Positions 28,899 through 37,721 of a DNA stretch of 40,843 nucleotides are shown here, piece after piece. The position numbers and the translations under genes were made by a program. Position 1 is the first letter of the stretch. Each line of letters opens with the position of its first letter. The notes under the pieces were generated by a model that worked only from the letters and a program-made list of their open reading frames with translations, was not told where the DNA came from and searched no databases. This DNA comes from a virus. Location: UHGV virus genome UHGV-1472163. The stretch is one strand, 5' to 3'.

Positions 28899-29599
28899 TG
28901 GCTGATTCGAATCTCAACACCCCTGTTATTGTGCAGGCGACGCGGCTCGATACATCAATCCTTCCACGCAATATATTCAGCCAGTCTTACCTGCTGTATG
29001 TCATTAATCAGGGGGCTGATGTCGGCGCAATTGCCGGGAAAGCAAATCAGGCTGGTCAGGGCGCTTACGATGCTCAGGTGAAAAACGATGAACAGGATGT
29101 CGAACTGGCTGACCACGATGCAAGAATCACCGCAAACACAAAAGCGATAAATCTCCTTGAGGTCAGGTTAACAACCGCCGAAGGGAAGATAGTTGTACTG
29201 CGTAGCGATGTTGATTACTTGCTGGATGAGGTTATCGATATTCAGGCGCATCTGGTCACTGTTGACCAAAGACTGGATGGCGTAGAAAGCGATATATCTG
29301 ACATTAAGAGTGATTACGTATCGAAAACCGTAACAGAATCGCAGTCTCTTGCGTCACCGCTGGATGTAAAAACATCATATTCAGTTGATGGAATTCAGGT
29401 CGTTGGAGCAAGGCAGACCGGATGGACAGCGGCCACAGGCACACCACTTCTTGGCTCATTCAACGCTAACCAGTCATACACGGTCGGCACTACGTACACA
29501 CAATCCGAAGTCGCAGCTATCGCTACAGGTTTGGAGCAGGCGCGGCAGCGTATTCTGGCGCTTGAAACAGCACTTAGATTACATGGGCTGATTGACTGA
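28898..29599 (+). CDS. Tail needle (P22 gp26-like)
   Basis: 233-aa ORF from Met35 of track ORF ([18 protein letters not shown]...), trimeric coiled-coil heptads, C-terminal ALRLHGLID as in P22 gp26. Confidence 0.8.
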
Positions 29600-30054
29600 T
29601 GATTACATTCAAACCAACGCGAAACATCGACCTGATCGAAGCAGTAGGAAATCACCCTGACATCATCGCCGGGAGCAACAACGGTGATGGATACGACTAC
29701 AAACCTGATTGCCGTTACTTTGAGGTGAACGTGCACGGTCAGTTTGGCGGCATTGTTTACTATCAGGAGATTCAGCCGCTTACATTCGATTGCCACGCCA
29801 TGTACCTGCCAGAGATTCGCGGCTTCAGCAAGGAAATAGGGCTGGCGTTCTGGCGATACATTCTGACTAACACCACCGTTCAGTGCGTCACATCGTTCGC
29901 CGCACGCAAATTCCGCCACGGTCAGATGTACTGCGCAATGATTGGCCTTAAGCGTGTAGGAACCATCAAGAAATACTTCAAAGGCGTGGATGACGTGACT
30001 TTTTACAGCGCCACACGCGAAGAACTAATCGACTTCCTGAATCACGGGAGATAG
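29599..30054 (+). CDS. P22 gp14-like virion protein
   Basis: 151-aa ORF in conserved position after needle gene. Confidence 0.65.
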   Translation: MITFKPTRNIDLIEAVGNHPDIIAGSNNGDGYDYKPDCRYFEVNVHGQFGGIVYYQEIQPLTFDCHAMYLPEIRGFSKEIGLAFWRYILTNTTVQCVTSFAARKFRHGQMYCAMIGLKRVGTIKKYFKGVDDVTFYSATREELIDFLNHGR

Positions 30055-30056
30055 CC

Positions 30057-30749
30057 ATGTTATATGCATTTAAGCTGGGCAGAAAACTGCGCGGCGAGGA
30101 ACCTTATTGCCCTGAAAAAGGCGGGAAAGGTGGCAGTTCTGATAAAAGTGCAAAGTATGCCGCAGAAGCTCAGAAGTATGCCGCAGACCTGCAAAATAAG
30201 CAGTTCAACACCATCATGAACAACCTGAAGCCGTTTACTCCTCTGGCTGATAAGTATCTCGGCAGCCTCGAGAACTTATCGTCTCTGGAAGGGCAAGGTC
30301 AGGCGCTTAACCAGTATTACAACTCTCAGCAGTATAAAGATCTTGCTGGTCAGGCTCGCTATCAGAGTCTGGCGGCAGCGGAAGCAACAGGTGGATTGGG
30401 TTCCACCGCAACCAGTAATCAGTTAGCAACAATCGCACCAACGCTTGGTCAGCAATGGCTATCTGGACAAATGAACAATTACAACAACCTGGCAAATATC
30501 GGTCTTGGCGCTCTTCAGGGACAGGCAAACGCCGGGCAAACATATGCCAACAACATGAGTCAGATTTCGCAGCAAAGCGCAGCACTGGCGGCGGCAAACG
30601 CCAACCGACCGTCAGCATTGCAGCAGGGTGTTAGTGGTGCTGCATCCGGTGCGCTTTTGGGTGGTGGCATAGCCAGTGCTCTCGAGCTATCAACTCCGTG
30701 GGGGGCTGGTATTGGTGCTGGTCTTGGTCTGCTTGGTTCACTGTTTTAA
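30057..30749 (+). CDS. Ejection/internal virion protein (P22 gp7-like)
   Basis: 230-aa ORF, Gln/Ala/Gly-rich; position-based. Confidence 0.7.
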   Translation: MLYAFKLGRKLRGEEPYCPEKGGKGGSSDKSAKYAAEAQKYAADLQNKQFNTIMNNLKPFTPLADKYLGSLENLSSLEGQGQALNQYYNSQQYKDLAGQARYQSLAAAEATGGLGSTATSNQLATIAPTLGQQWLSGQMNNYNNLANIGLGALQGQANAGQTYANNMSQISQQSAALAAANANRPSALQQGVSGAASGALLGGGIASALELSTPWGAGIGAGLGLLGSLF

Positions 30750-30759
30750 GGGTTAATCA

Positions 30760-32103
30760 ATGGCTACGTGGCAACAGGGTATTAATTCTGGTGGTTTTCT
30801 GGCTGGCATTGGTACGCAAAATGAGAATGCACCAAAGGCAAGCGACATTAACGCAACGCTTGGTCTGATTCGCGAAAACAATGAACTGGCTCGATCAGGT
30901 GCAAATAACGTTGGTCTGACCGCGTTACGTGGTCTGGCTGGAGTTGCTGATATTTATAAGCAGGAACAGCAACAGAAAGCGATTAGTGCGTTCAATAAGG
31001 TTCACGCTGATGCATGGGCTTCTGGTGATCCATCGGGACTATTTAAGTTTGCCCAGGAAAATCCAGCGTTTGTTGCACAGGCACAACAGGCATTTTCCGG
31101 TCTTAATGAGCAGCAACGCAACGATATGGGCGATTTAGCCATGAGGGCTAACGTCGCTCTTTCTCAGGGACCGGAAGCCTACAGTAAATTCATTACTGAT
31201 AACAAGGACAGGTTAAATCGCGTGGGGGCGAATGCTGACTGGATGATTCAGACAGGTATTCAGAATCCAGAGCAGCTATCACACATGCTGACTACTATGT
31301 CTCTCGGTGCACTTGGGCCAGAAAAGGCGTTTGCTGTTCAGGACAAGATAGCTGGTCGTGAAATTGAGAAAGGGCGATTGGATGAAAGCATCCGTCAGGC
31401 TGACATGGAGAACGAGAGAGGATGGGCAAATATCCAGAACGCTCAACTAGACAGGGCTCAGCGGGCACAAATGCACTCAGATGAGATGGGATTGAAGCTA
31501 ATGGAGCTGGGGCAAAAAGGTAAGCCGTCAGCAGAATTAATTAAGGGATTAAATTCTGACATTACCAATTTTGGTAAAAATTATAACTCTGTCAGAGCGG
31601 CGGCAAACTCTCTGCAAGCCCTTAGCAAGGTAAATACTGGCGCTGCCCAACTTGGGATTATCTTTAATTACATGAAGTCTCTCGACCCTCAGTCAGTTGT
31701 TCGCGAAGGTGAACAGGTTCAGGTTATGCGCTCTGATGGCATATGGGGGCAGATAAAAGGATATGTAGACCAGCTTAATGCAGGGAATGGCTTGTCACAG
31801 GAAGCGAGGGATAACATTGTTAACGCAGCAAAAATTAACGCCAACGCTATGGGGCAGCAGTTTAACCAGCAGGTAGACGAATATCTGGATACGTATGGAG
31901 ATACTATTCCTCAGGGGCTGAAAAAAAGCTTAGGGAGAAGGAAGGCCAAGCTATTTGACGATGTCCCAGCGCAGCCTACACCACAAGGTGGTAATGGGCA
32001 GACAAAAGCTGCGCCAAGTGGGATATCAGAAGGCGCGACGGCAACGAACCCTAAAACTGGTCAGAAACTCATTTACAGGAACGGACAATGGCAACCGATG
32101 TAG
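30760..32103 (+). CDS. Ejection protein (P22 gp20-like)
   Basis: 447-aa ORF; position-based. Confidence 0.65.
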   Translation: MATWQQGINSGGFLAGIGTQNENAPKASDINATLGLIRENNELARSGANNVGLTALRGLAGVADIYKQEQQQKAISAFNKVHADAWASGDPSGLFKFAQENPAFVAQAQQAFSGLNEQQRNDMGDLAMRANVALSQGPEAYSKFITDNKDRLNRVGANADWMIQTGIQNPEQLSHMLTTMSLGALGPEKAFAVQDKIAGREIEKGRLDESIRQADMENERGWANIQNAQLDRAQRAQMHSDEMGLKLMELGQKGKPSAELIKGLNSDITNFGKNYNSVRAAANSLQALSKVNTGAAQLGIIFNYMKSLDPQSVVREGEQVQVMRSDGIWGQIKGYVDQLNAGNGLSQEARDNIVNAAKINANAMGQQFNQQVDEYLDTYGDTIPQGLKKSLGRRKAKLFDDVPAQPTPQGGNGQTKAAPSGISEGATATNPKTGQKLIYRNGQWQPM

Positions 32104-34211
32104 GTTTACCCGAAGGCTTTGTTCTCGATAATCAGCCTGATAACTCACAGCTTCCTGATGGCTTTGTGCTTGATGCCCAACCAGAACAGCAGCAATCTCC
32201 TTTGGTTTCACCAGAGGAAAATTCCAGACAGGAAAATGTTGTTAATAATGCTAACGGCTTCGACCGTTTTATGTATGGCGTTCTCAGTGGATTGATGGAT
32301 GTTGGTAAAGGTGTTGGCCTGTTTCAGGATATGACACCAGAAGAGCAAGCCGCAATTCAGTCTCTACAGCAGAAGTTAGCGGCAAAACCATCAACCGCAC
32401 AAGATGTTGGTGAGTTTGTTGGACAAGCCGCGCCATTTGTTAGTGGTGGTGGGATTATTTCTCAGGTTCCGAAAGGGGCGGCAAGGCTGGCTGCCGCCGC
32501 AGGGCTTGGTGCTGGAGAAGGGGCTATTGTAGCCAATGGAACAAATAGCGATGTTGCTTCCGGCGCTGCTATTGGCGCTGTGGCTGGCCCTGTAGCCGAG
32601 ATTGTTGGTCCAGCGCTTGGGAAGATTGCAGGAAAAATTAAAAATAGTGCCGGGGATATTTATCGCTCATCCGTAGGGATGGGGAGTAAATCATCTAAAG
32701 CAACGTTAAAGAAAGCTGCTGGCGCAATGGATAATAAATTTATTGGCGGGCAACGAGCTATTCAAGGTTTCGCCGATGAAGTTAATCCTGATTTTAACGC
32801 GATAAATGCCATCCGTGAGCTAGAACTGGAAAATTATGCCACTCCAGGAATGATCTCTAATAATCCTGCTGTCAGGGCTCTTGATAATGCAGTGGCAAGT
32901 CTTCCTGGAACAGAGATTAGTGAGGCGCATAAGCGCTTTATTACTGAATTAGGAAGAAAAGCTGATGAAATGATAACTTCATTTGGGGGAAACCTTGATA
33001 AGCAACTGGTTTCTGACAGGCTTGCAGATAATTTTGATAAAACCATTTCATCATTACAAAATCAGTCAGATAACATCTACAACAAAATTGCCGAAAAGGT
33101 TCCAGTAAGAGACCGTATTGAGGCAACCAATACATTGAATTTTTTAGAGGATTTTGCTGATGACATAGGTGGAATTGATGAATTATCTCCAATAATGAAG
33201 CGGACATTGAACCGACTTGATCCAAACACCTTGCCAACGTATGGGCGTTTAGATCTCGCCAGAAAGCAGGTTGGGCAAGCTATTGGCAAAGGCTCTGGCC
33301 CATTCAAGGATGAAGAAACAGGTGTTCTTAAAAAGTTATATGCAGCTATAACAGATGACCAACAGGCTGTCGCAGAAAAATATGGCGCAGGGGAGTTATG
33401 GACGCTTGGTAAGGAGTTGGTAAAAAAACGAAAATCCATTGAAGATGATGCCGTAACCGTTTTGGGTAGAAAACTTCAGCAATCAGCAATTCCAAAAGTT
33501 GAAAGTGCCGTTGTTAATATGGCAAAAGGAAACGGTGGTGACTTTAGGCAATTAATGAAGTCAATTCCAAAGGATATGCGGCAGGAAGTTGTGCTCACCT
33601 CAATGAATAAAGCATTTACCAGCTATGCTAAATCACCAGGTCAGCAATTAGGGGTTGATGGATTTGTAAAATGGTATAACGGAATATCACGCAATGGGGC
33701 CAATATGAAGACTCTCCGTGATGCTATTGGCACAGATGCATCAAAGCGCCTTGATACGATTTATCAAGCAGCCAAGGCTATGAATAGACTCAATACTGGT
33801 AAGCAGTATGCTAGCAGCCTTGTGGATCAGCAAGTTAATAACTTTCTGAAGGAAAAGGGTAGTCTAGCAAAAATTTATGGAATAGCCTCAAAAGCTGCTG
33901 CGGCGGAAGGTATTACAAGCTTATCTGGTCTTCCTGGTGTAGGTGCAACAGGGGTGATAACGTCCGCATTGATGTCAGGGAAAACAAGCAGGATAAAGGC
34001 TGCTGATGCTCTACTGTCTTCTCCTGAGTTTAAATCAATGCTATTTCGCCTGCAAAACGCACCAGTAGACAGAGCAGAAGTGAGACGCGCAATAGAAAGG
34101 AAACTGATGCAATCTGGGGCATTTAAGAGATGGGAGAAAACCCTATCAACAGATGAAGCAAAAACCATTGCCCGCACGGGGATTATTACATGGCTCGCTA
34201 GTGACAGTTAG
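32088..34211 (+). CDS. Ejection protein (P22 gp16-like)
   Basis: 707-aa ORF; position-based. Confidence 0.65.
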   Translation: MATDVGLPEGFVLDNQPDNSQLPDGFVLDAQPEQQQSPLVSPEENSRQENVVNNANGFDRFMYGVLSGLMDVGKGVGLFQDMTPEEQAAIQSLQQKLAAKPSTAQDVGEFVGQAAPFVSGGGIISQVPKGAARLAAAAGLGAGEGAIVANGTNSDVASGAAIGAVAGPVAEIVGPALGKIAGKIKNSAGDIYRSSVGMGSKSSKATLKKAAGAMDNKFIGGQRAIQGFADEVNPDFNAINAIRELELENYATPGMISNNPAVRALDNAVASLPGTEISEAHKRFITELGRKADEMITSFGGNLDKQLVSDRLADNFDKTISSLQNQSDNIYNKIAEKVPVRDRIEATNTLNFLEDFADDIGGIDELSPIMKRTLNRLDPNTLPTYGRLDLARKQVGQAIGKGSGPFKDEETGVLKKLYAAITDDQQAVAEKYGAGELWTLGKELVKKRKSIEDDAVTVLGRKLQQSAIPKVESAVVNMAKGNGGDFRQLMKSIPKDMRQEVVLTSMNKAFTSYAKSPGQQLGVDGFVKWYNGISRNGANMKTLRDAIGTDASKRLDTIYQAAKAMNRLNTGKQYASSLVDQQVNNFLKEKGSLAKIYGIASKAAAAEGITSLSGLPGVGATGVITSALMSGKTSRIKAADALLSSPEFKSMLFRLQNAPVDRAEVRRAIERKLMQSGAFKRWEKTLSTDEAKTIARTGIITWLASDS

Positions 34212-34435
34212 TCAACTTTGGTTATTTTGCCTTCTTTTTCTTGATGAACTTTGCATCCATCATCTTTTGATAGCCAAACTAAAAACTTTAAAACCTTAAA
34301 CACAAGTACGGATACTGTAATGAAAGCACCAATTGCAATTATTGCTAGTGAAATTATTTGCATTGGTGCTTTTAATGCAGGGAAAATAGCGTAAATGATC
34401 GCGAAAACAGTAATTATGAGGAACCATCGCTTCAC
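34208..34435 (-). CDS. Hypothetical small membrane protein (about 75 aa, GTG start)
   Basis: Track ORF 34208..34651 trimmed to GTG after AGGAGG; two hydrophobic helices; sieA-like position but much smaller. Confidence 0.4.
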   Translation of the reverse strand: MKRWFLIITVFAIIYAIFPALKAPMQIISLAIIAIGAFITVSVLVFKVLKFLVWLSKDDGCKVHQEKEGKITKVD

Positions 34436-34465
34436 ACCAACCTCCTTAGTTTTGAGCAGGATACC

Positions 34466-34831
34466 ATGAAAAAAGTTAACATTGGAAACGTACCAAAGAT
34501 GCTCGTTCCGCTCTTTGAGAGCGGTACAATTGTGTTTTGTAGAGACTTTCCAGAATGGCAACGCCTGCATCAAAAACTTGGTGTGGACGTGCAGGACTCG
34601 GATGCCAACGGAGCGTCTCATACAATGAGCAGCGAGAATGGTGTTTTGCATGTGATAGGCGTGTTCAATGGCAAACTATCTACTATTGCCCATGAGTGCG
34701 CTCACATGGCATTCGATATCTGCTCAAGGGTCGGTGTTGATGTTGAACCAGGAAGAGCCAATGAGACTTACTGCTACTTAATGAGCAGGCTTGTTGAGTT
34801 CTGCGAGCGACATATCAAAAAGCCGGAGTGA
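34466..34831 (+). CDS. Hypothetical protein with HExxH zinc-metallopeptidase-like motif
   Basis: 121-aa track ORF containing IAHECAHMAFD with downstream Glu (ANETY). Confidence 0.55.
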   Translation: MKKVNIGNVPKMLVPLFESGTIVFCRDFPEWQRLHQKLGVDVQDSDANGASHTMSSENGVLHVIGVFNGKLSTIAHECAHMAFDICSRVGVDVEPGRANETYCYLMSRLVEFCERHIKKPE

Positions 34832-34844
34832 CCCGGCTTGATTA

Positions 34845-35024
34845 TTACTTTTTGCTGTCTGGAGTTCGCTTATCCAATACCCAGCCATGACCTGGCTTTG
34901 TTGTTGGCGGAAGCCTTTCGTTGTCCTTGACGGTGGCAAAATTGTCTTTCTTACCGCCGCGTGGGCCAACTTCTTGGTATATTCCGCCGTTTTTTCCTGT
35001 GTTTTCACCTGGTTTTTTCGCCAT
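34845..35024 (-). CDS. YjzC-like small protein (59 aa)
   Basis: Track ORF trimmed to MAKKPGENTGKNGGIYQEVGPRGGKKDNFATVKDNERLPPTTKPGHGW...; pattern resembles YjzC-family small proteins as recalled. Confidence 0.45.
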   Translation of the reverse strand: MAKKPGENTGKNGGIYQEVGPRGGKKDNFATVKDNERLPPTTKPGHGWVLDKRTPDSKK

Positions 35025-35109
35025 GATATACCTCAACATACACCCGTTATTGGGCGATTAAATATTGATCTCATTTTATGAGTAGTCAATATGGTCCAAA
35101 AAAGGCAAA

Positions 35110-35137
35110 AATTAACCCACCGTCAGGTGGGTTTTTT
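35110..35137. terminator. Putative bidirectional Rho-independent terminator
   Basis: Stem CCCACC/GGTGGG followed by T6 on + strand; overlaps stop of the Mnt-like gene. Confidence 0.45.
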
Positions 35138-35497
35138 GTTGTCATCACCAAGATATTTCTGCTTATATTCCTCTGAAAGAGGAATTGATCTTTCAACCAT
35201 GCTAATAAGTTTATCTACTTGTTTTTTCTGTTTTTCTATGATTTCTAAAAGTTGAGGTATAAGTTTTTCATGCTCGATTTTATCATATTTTCTGTTTATC
35301 GCATCTAGTTGTTCTTTAAACTGCTGAACGATAGGACCATCCTCCGGCCCAAAATCACGACAAACACGAATCGCCAACTCAAGCAGAGTGACAATCTCAG
35401 CATTCATAGAACGATTATTTTGTTTTGATGACGCTTCAATTATTTTTTTTAATTCAACAGGAAGCCTAATCCGAAGTTGAGGGTCTTCTCTACTCAT
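35123..35497 (-). CDS. Mnt/Arc-family ribbon-helix-helix repressor with extended C-terminal coiled coil
   Basis: 124-aa ORF; N-terminus LRIRLPVELKKIIEASSKQNNRSMNAEIVTLLELAI fits RHH pattern; divergent from arc-like gene across palindromic operators. Confidence 0.65.
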   Translation of the reverse strand: MSREDPQLRIRLPVELKKIIEASSKQNNRSMNAEIVTLLELAIRVCRDFGPEDGPIVQQFKEQLDAINRKYDKIEHEKLIPQLLEIIEKQKKQVDKLISMVERSIPLSEEYKQKYLGDDNKKPT

Positions 35498-35537
35498 ACC
35501 ATTAGTCCAAACAGGAAAAATTCACAATAAGTAAATT

Positions 35538-35605
35538 ATGCCCCACGGTGGGGTTGACTTCAATGACGCACGGTGTGACAATTTCAATTGCCCCACAGTG
35601 GGGCT
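35538..35605. promoter_or_regulatory. immI-like control region: two 13-bp palindromic operators flanking a rightward promoter
   Basis: CCCCACGGTGGGG (about 35540-35552) and CCCCACAGTGGGG (about 35590-35602); TTGACT-17-GACAAT with TG extension between them; AAGGAG SD before arc-like ATG. Confidence 0.55.
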
Positions 35606-35619
35606 ATTTAAGGAGTGGA

Positions 35620-35787
35620 GATGGAAAAAGCAAAAGACATGTATCAACGCAAGGTTCGTTTCCCAGAGGATGTAAGGAAGGCGATTGAAAGAAATGGAGA
35701 AAAAGAGTGTCGACAGTTCAACACGGAACTTATTTATCAATTGAGAAAAGTGTACGGACTGATTGGAGAGAAGAATGCTAGGACATA
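35620..35787 (+). CDS. arc: Arc-like ribbon-helix-helix regulator (55 aa)
   Basis: Hand-translated ORF MEKAKDMYQRKVRFPEDVRKAIERNGEKECRQFNTELIYQLRKVYGLIGEKNART; RHH pattern; first gene of rightward immI-like operon. Confidence 0.6.
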
Positions 35788-35861
35788 AAAATAGTGAAGC
35801 CCGGCAGTGCGCGAACACAAACCGGGCCTCTATGTCAGTAACCGTATGCAAGGAAACTAAC

Positions 35862-36488
35862 ATGAATATTGTAGCAAAATCAGATTACAACTTCCACGGA
35901 GTTGAGTTGGTGCCCACCCGTGATATGCATGGTGTTTGGTTTACATCATCTAATATTGCATCTGCACTTAAATACGCAAATAGTCGTGCAGTAACAATGA
36001 TTTATAACAAGTATAGCGATGAGTTTAGCGCCGGAATGACTCAGGTACTCGAAGTGAGTACCTCAGGAAATTATCGCAAAAAAGTGCGAGTTTTCTCACT
36101 ACGCGGTGCCCACCTAATCGCGATGTTTGCTCGCACTCCGGTAGCCAAAGAGTTCCGCCGCTGGGTGCTGGATATTTTGGATCGGCAGGCAGAATGCTCA
36201 CCGATTGCAAAACAGTTTACTGACGAAGAACTGGTTAATCTCTGCTACTTACAATTGTGGATGGAGAAGAGTCAACAAATGTGCAAACACATCTACCCAG
36301 GAATGAAGCAAATTTGTTCTGAGCTTTCAGGAAGGATTTACGATATCGCATATGAGACTCGCTATATGTCAGAAGAAACCAAGAAATCACTTCTTCGTGA
36401 AATGAAGAATCTTGATACCAACAATTTTGTCGTAAAGAACGCTCAGCCAATGCTGGCAAAACTGCGCGGCGAGGAATGGATTCATTGA
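35862..36488 (+). CDS. ant: Antirepressor with Bro-N/KilA-N-type domain
   Basis: 208-aa ORF from Met34 of track ORF (MNIVAKSDYNFHGVELV...); AAGGAA SD; position after arc as in P22 immI. Confidence 0.7.
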   Translation: MNIVAKSDYNFHGVELVPTRDMHGVWFTSSNIASALKYANSRAVTMIYNKYSDEFSAGMTQVLEVSTSGNYRKKVRVFSLRGAHLIAMFARTPVAKEFRRWVLDILDRQAECSPIAKQFTDEELVNLCYLQLWMEKSQQMCKHIYPGMKQICSELSGRIYDIAYETRYMSEETKKSLLREMKNLDTNNFVVKNAQPMLAKLRGEEWIH

Positions 36489-36576
36489 TTGGTGCGCCGG
36501 ACGGCGCAAAAAGAAAACCGCCAGTGTGCTGCTGGCGGCCTATGTCACACCCTTACTACCACATAAGGAATGCCTA

Positions 36577-37305
36577 ATGACTTTTAAGAATGTAGCAAAC
36601 ATCGGATCCGTTGTCACGGATAAAACCATTGACAGCCAGCGCCTGCTTGAGATGGTAAATCAGGCTCGTAGACAGTGCGGTGAGCCGGAGGTTCGTAATA
36701 ACAAATTCATCGAGAAAATTGAAGATGAATTGGATGGAGAGCACTACACAAAAAGTGTAGTGCAAAAAGCGAACAAAACTTCGATGGTTATCATTGAGAT
36801 GTCAATCAAGCAAGCATTGCGAGTTGCCGCTCGCGAGTCAAAAGCCGTTCGCCGCTCACTGGTAGACCAACTTGAAAGTATGCAAGAAGCGCACATTAAA
36901 AGCGGTAAATCAGCGAGTGGACTTGTTGAGTATCGTCAAGCGCGAACATTGAAAATGACGGTTGAAGCTGTTACCAATCTGTTCGATCTGATGCCAAATC
37001 TTGCGCCTGAGGCAAAGCAGACAGCGGCAGCAAGTATAATCAACCCGCTTGTTGGTTTTAATGCAATACCTCTTCCGGCAATAGAAGAGCATTACTACTC
37101 AGCAGGGGAGGTTGCAGAGCAGCTTGGAGTAACGGCCAACAAGATTGGTCGCATTGCTAACGCAAACAACCTCAAAACTGAGCAGTACGGGAAGTTCTTC
37201 CTGGATAAATCGGCGCATTCCAGCAAACAGGTAGAGGCGTTCCGTTACAATTCTGAAGGCGTTAAAGCACTACAACACCTGCTACATGGCTCAAATGTGG
37301 CGTAA
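36577..37305 (+). CDS. Second antirepressor-like protein (KilAC-like C-terminal domain)
   Basis: 242-aa ORF from Met18 of track ORF (MTFKNVANIGS...); C-terminus YYSAGEVAEQLGVTANKIGRIANANNL... KilAC-like by eye. Confidence 0.55.
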   Translation: MTFKNVANIGSVVTDKTIDSQRLLEMVNQARRQCGEPEVRNNKFIEKIEDELDGEHYTKSVVQKANKTSMVIIEMSIKQALRVAARESKAVRRSLVDQLESMQEAHIKSGKSASGLVEYRQARTLKMTVEAVTNLFDLMPNLAPEAKQTAAASIINPLVGFNAIPLPAIEEHYYSAGEVAEQLGVTANKIGRIANANNLKTEQYGKFFLDKSAHSSKQVEAFRYNSEGVKALQHLLHGSNVA

Positions 37306-37321
37306 CATTTTATAATGAAAA

Positions 37322-37350
37322 CTAAACCCGCTTAATCGCGGGTTTTTTCT
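37322..37350. terminator. Bidirectional Rho-independent terminator
   Basis: AACCCGC-TTAAT-CGCGGGTT hairpin followed by T6; overlaps the convergent stop of the Mnt-like gene. Confidence 0.5.
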
Positions 37351-37589
37351 TTCCTTAGAATTTCAGCCGCAACTTCTTTTACTCGTTCCGAGATTAATGA
37401 GGCCAGCCTCTCTTCTTCATCACGATACCCGCTTACAGGTGATGGTTTGGAGAGTGATTCTTCCATCGTAGCCACAATTTCGGAATTGATAGACCTGTTA
37501 TTCATTTTTGCACGCTGCTTAATCTTAGCGTGCAACTCGTGTGTAAGCCTCAAGTGGAACTGCGCCTCATCGTATTTGCTGTACATCAT
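37332..37589 (-). CDS. mnt: Mnt-like repressor (P22 Mnt type)
   Basis: 85-aa ORF (C-terminal part of track ORF 37332..37985): NNRSINSEIVATMEESLSKPSPVSGYRDEEERLA matches P22 Mnt NGRSMNSELLQIVQDALSKPSPVTGYRNDAERLA as recalled. Confidence 0.7.
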   Translation of the reverse strand: MMYSKYDEAQFHLRLTHELHAKIKQRAKMNNRSINSEIVATMEESLSKPSPVSGYRDEEERLASLISERVKEVAAEILRKEKTRD

Positions 37590-37721
37590 CAATGCCTCAC
37601 CAAATGGGTGGAATGGCATCGTAAAACCTACTGTACAAATCAACAATCGTACCGTTTCGGTATGTAATAAATGCCAACCGTAGCCATGCTGCGGCGATTC
37701 CTTGTATCTGGAGCAAATTAA

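Noticed and set aside
32834-33439. Minus-strand ORFs inside the gp16-like gene (32834..33046, 32941..33237, 33077..33439)
   Set aside because: Antisense to a long conserved-position ejection-protein gene; low-complexity translations.
34436-34651. Long form (147 aa) of minus-strand ORF 34208..34651
   Set aside because: It overlaps the plus-strand HExxH gene; an AGGAGG-GTG start at about 34435 gives a compact two-helix membrane protein instead.
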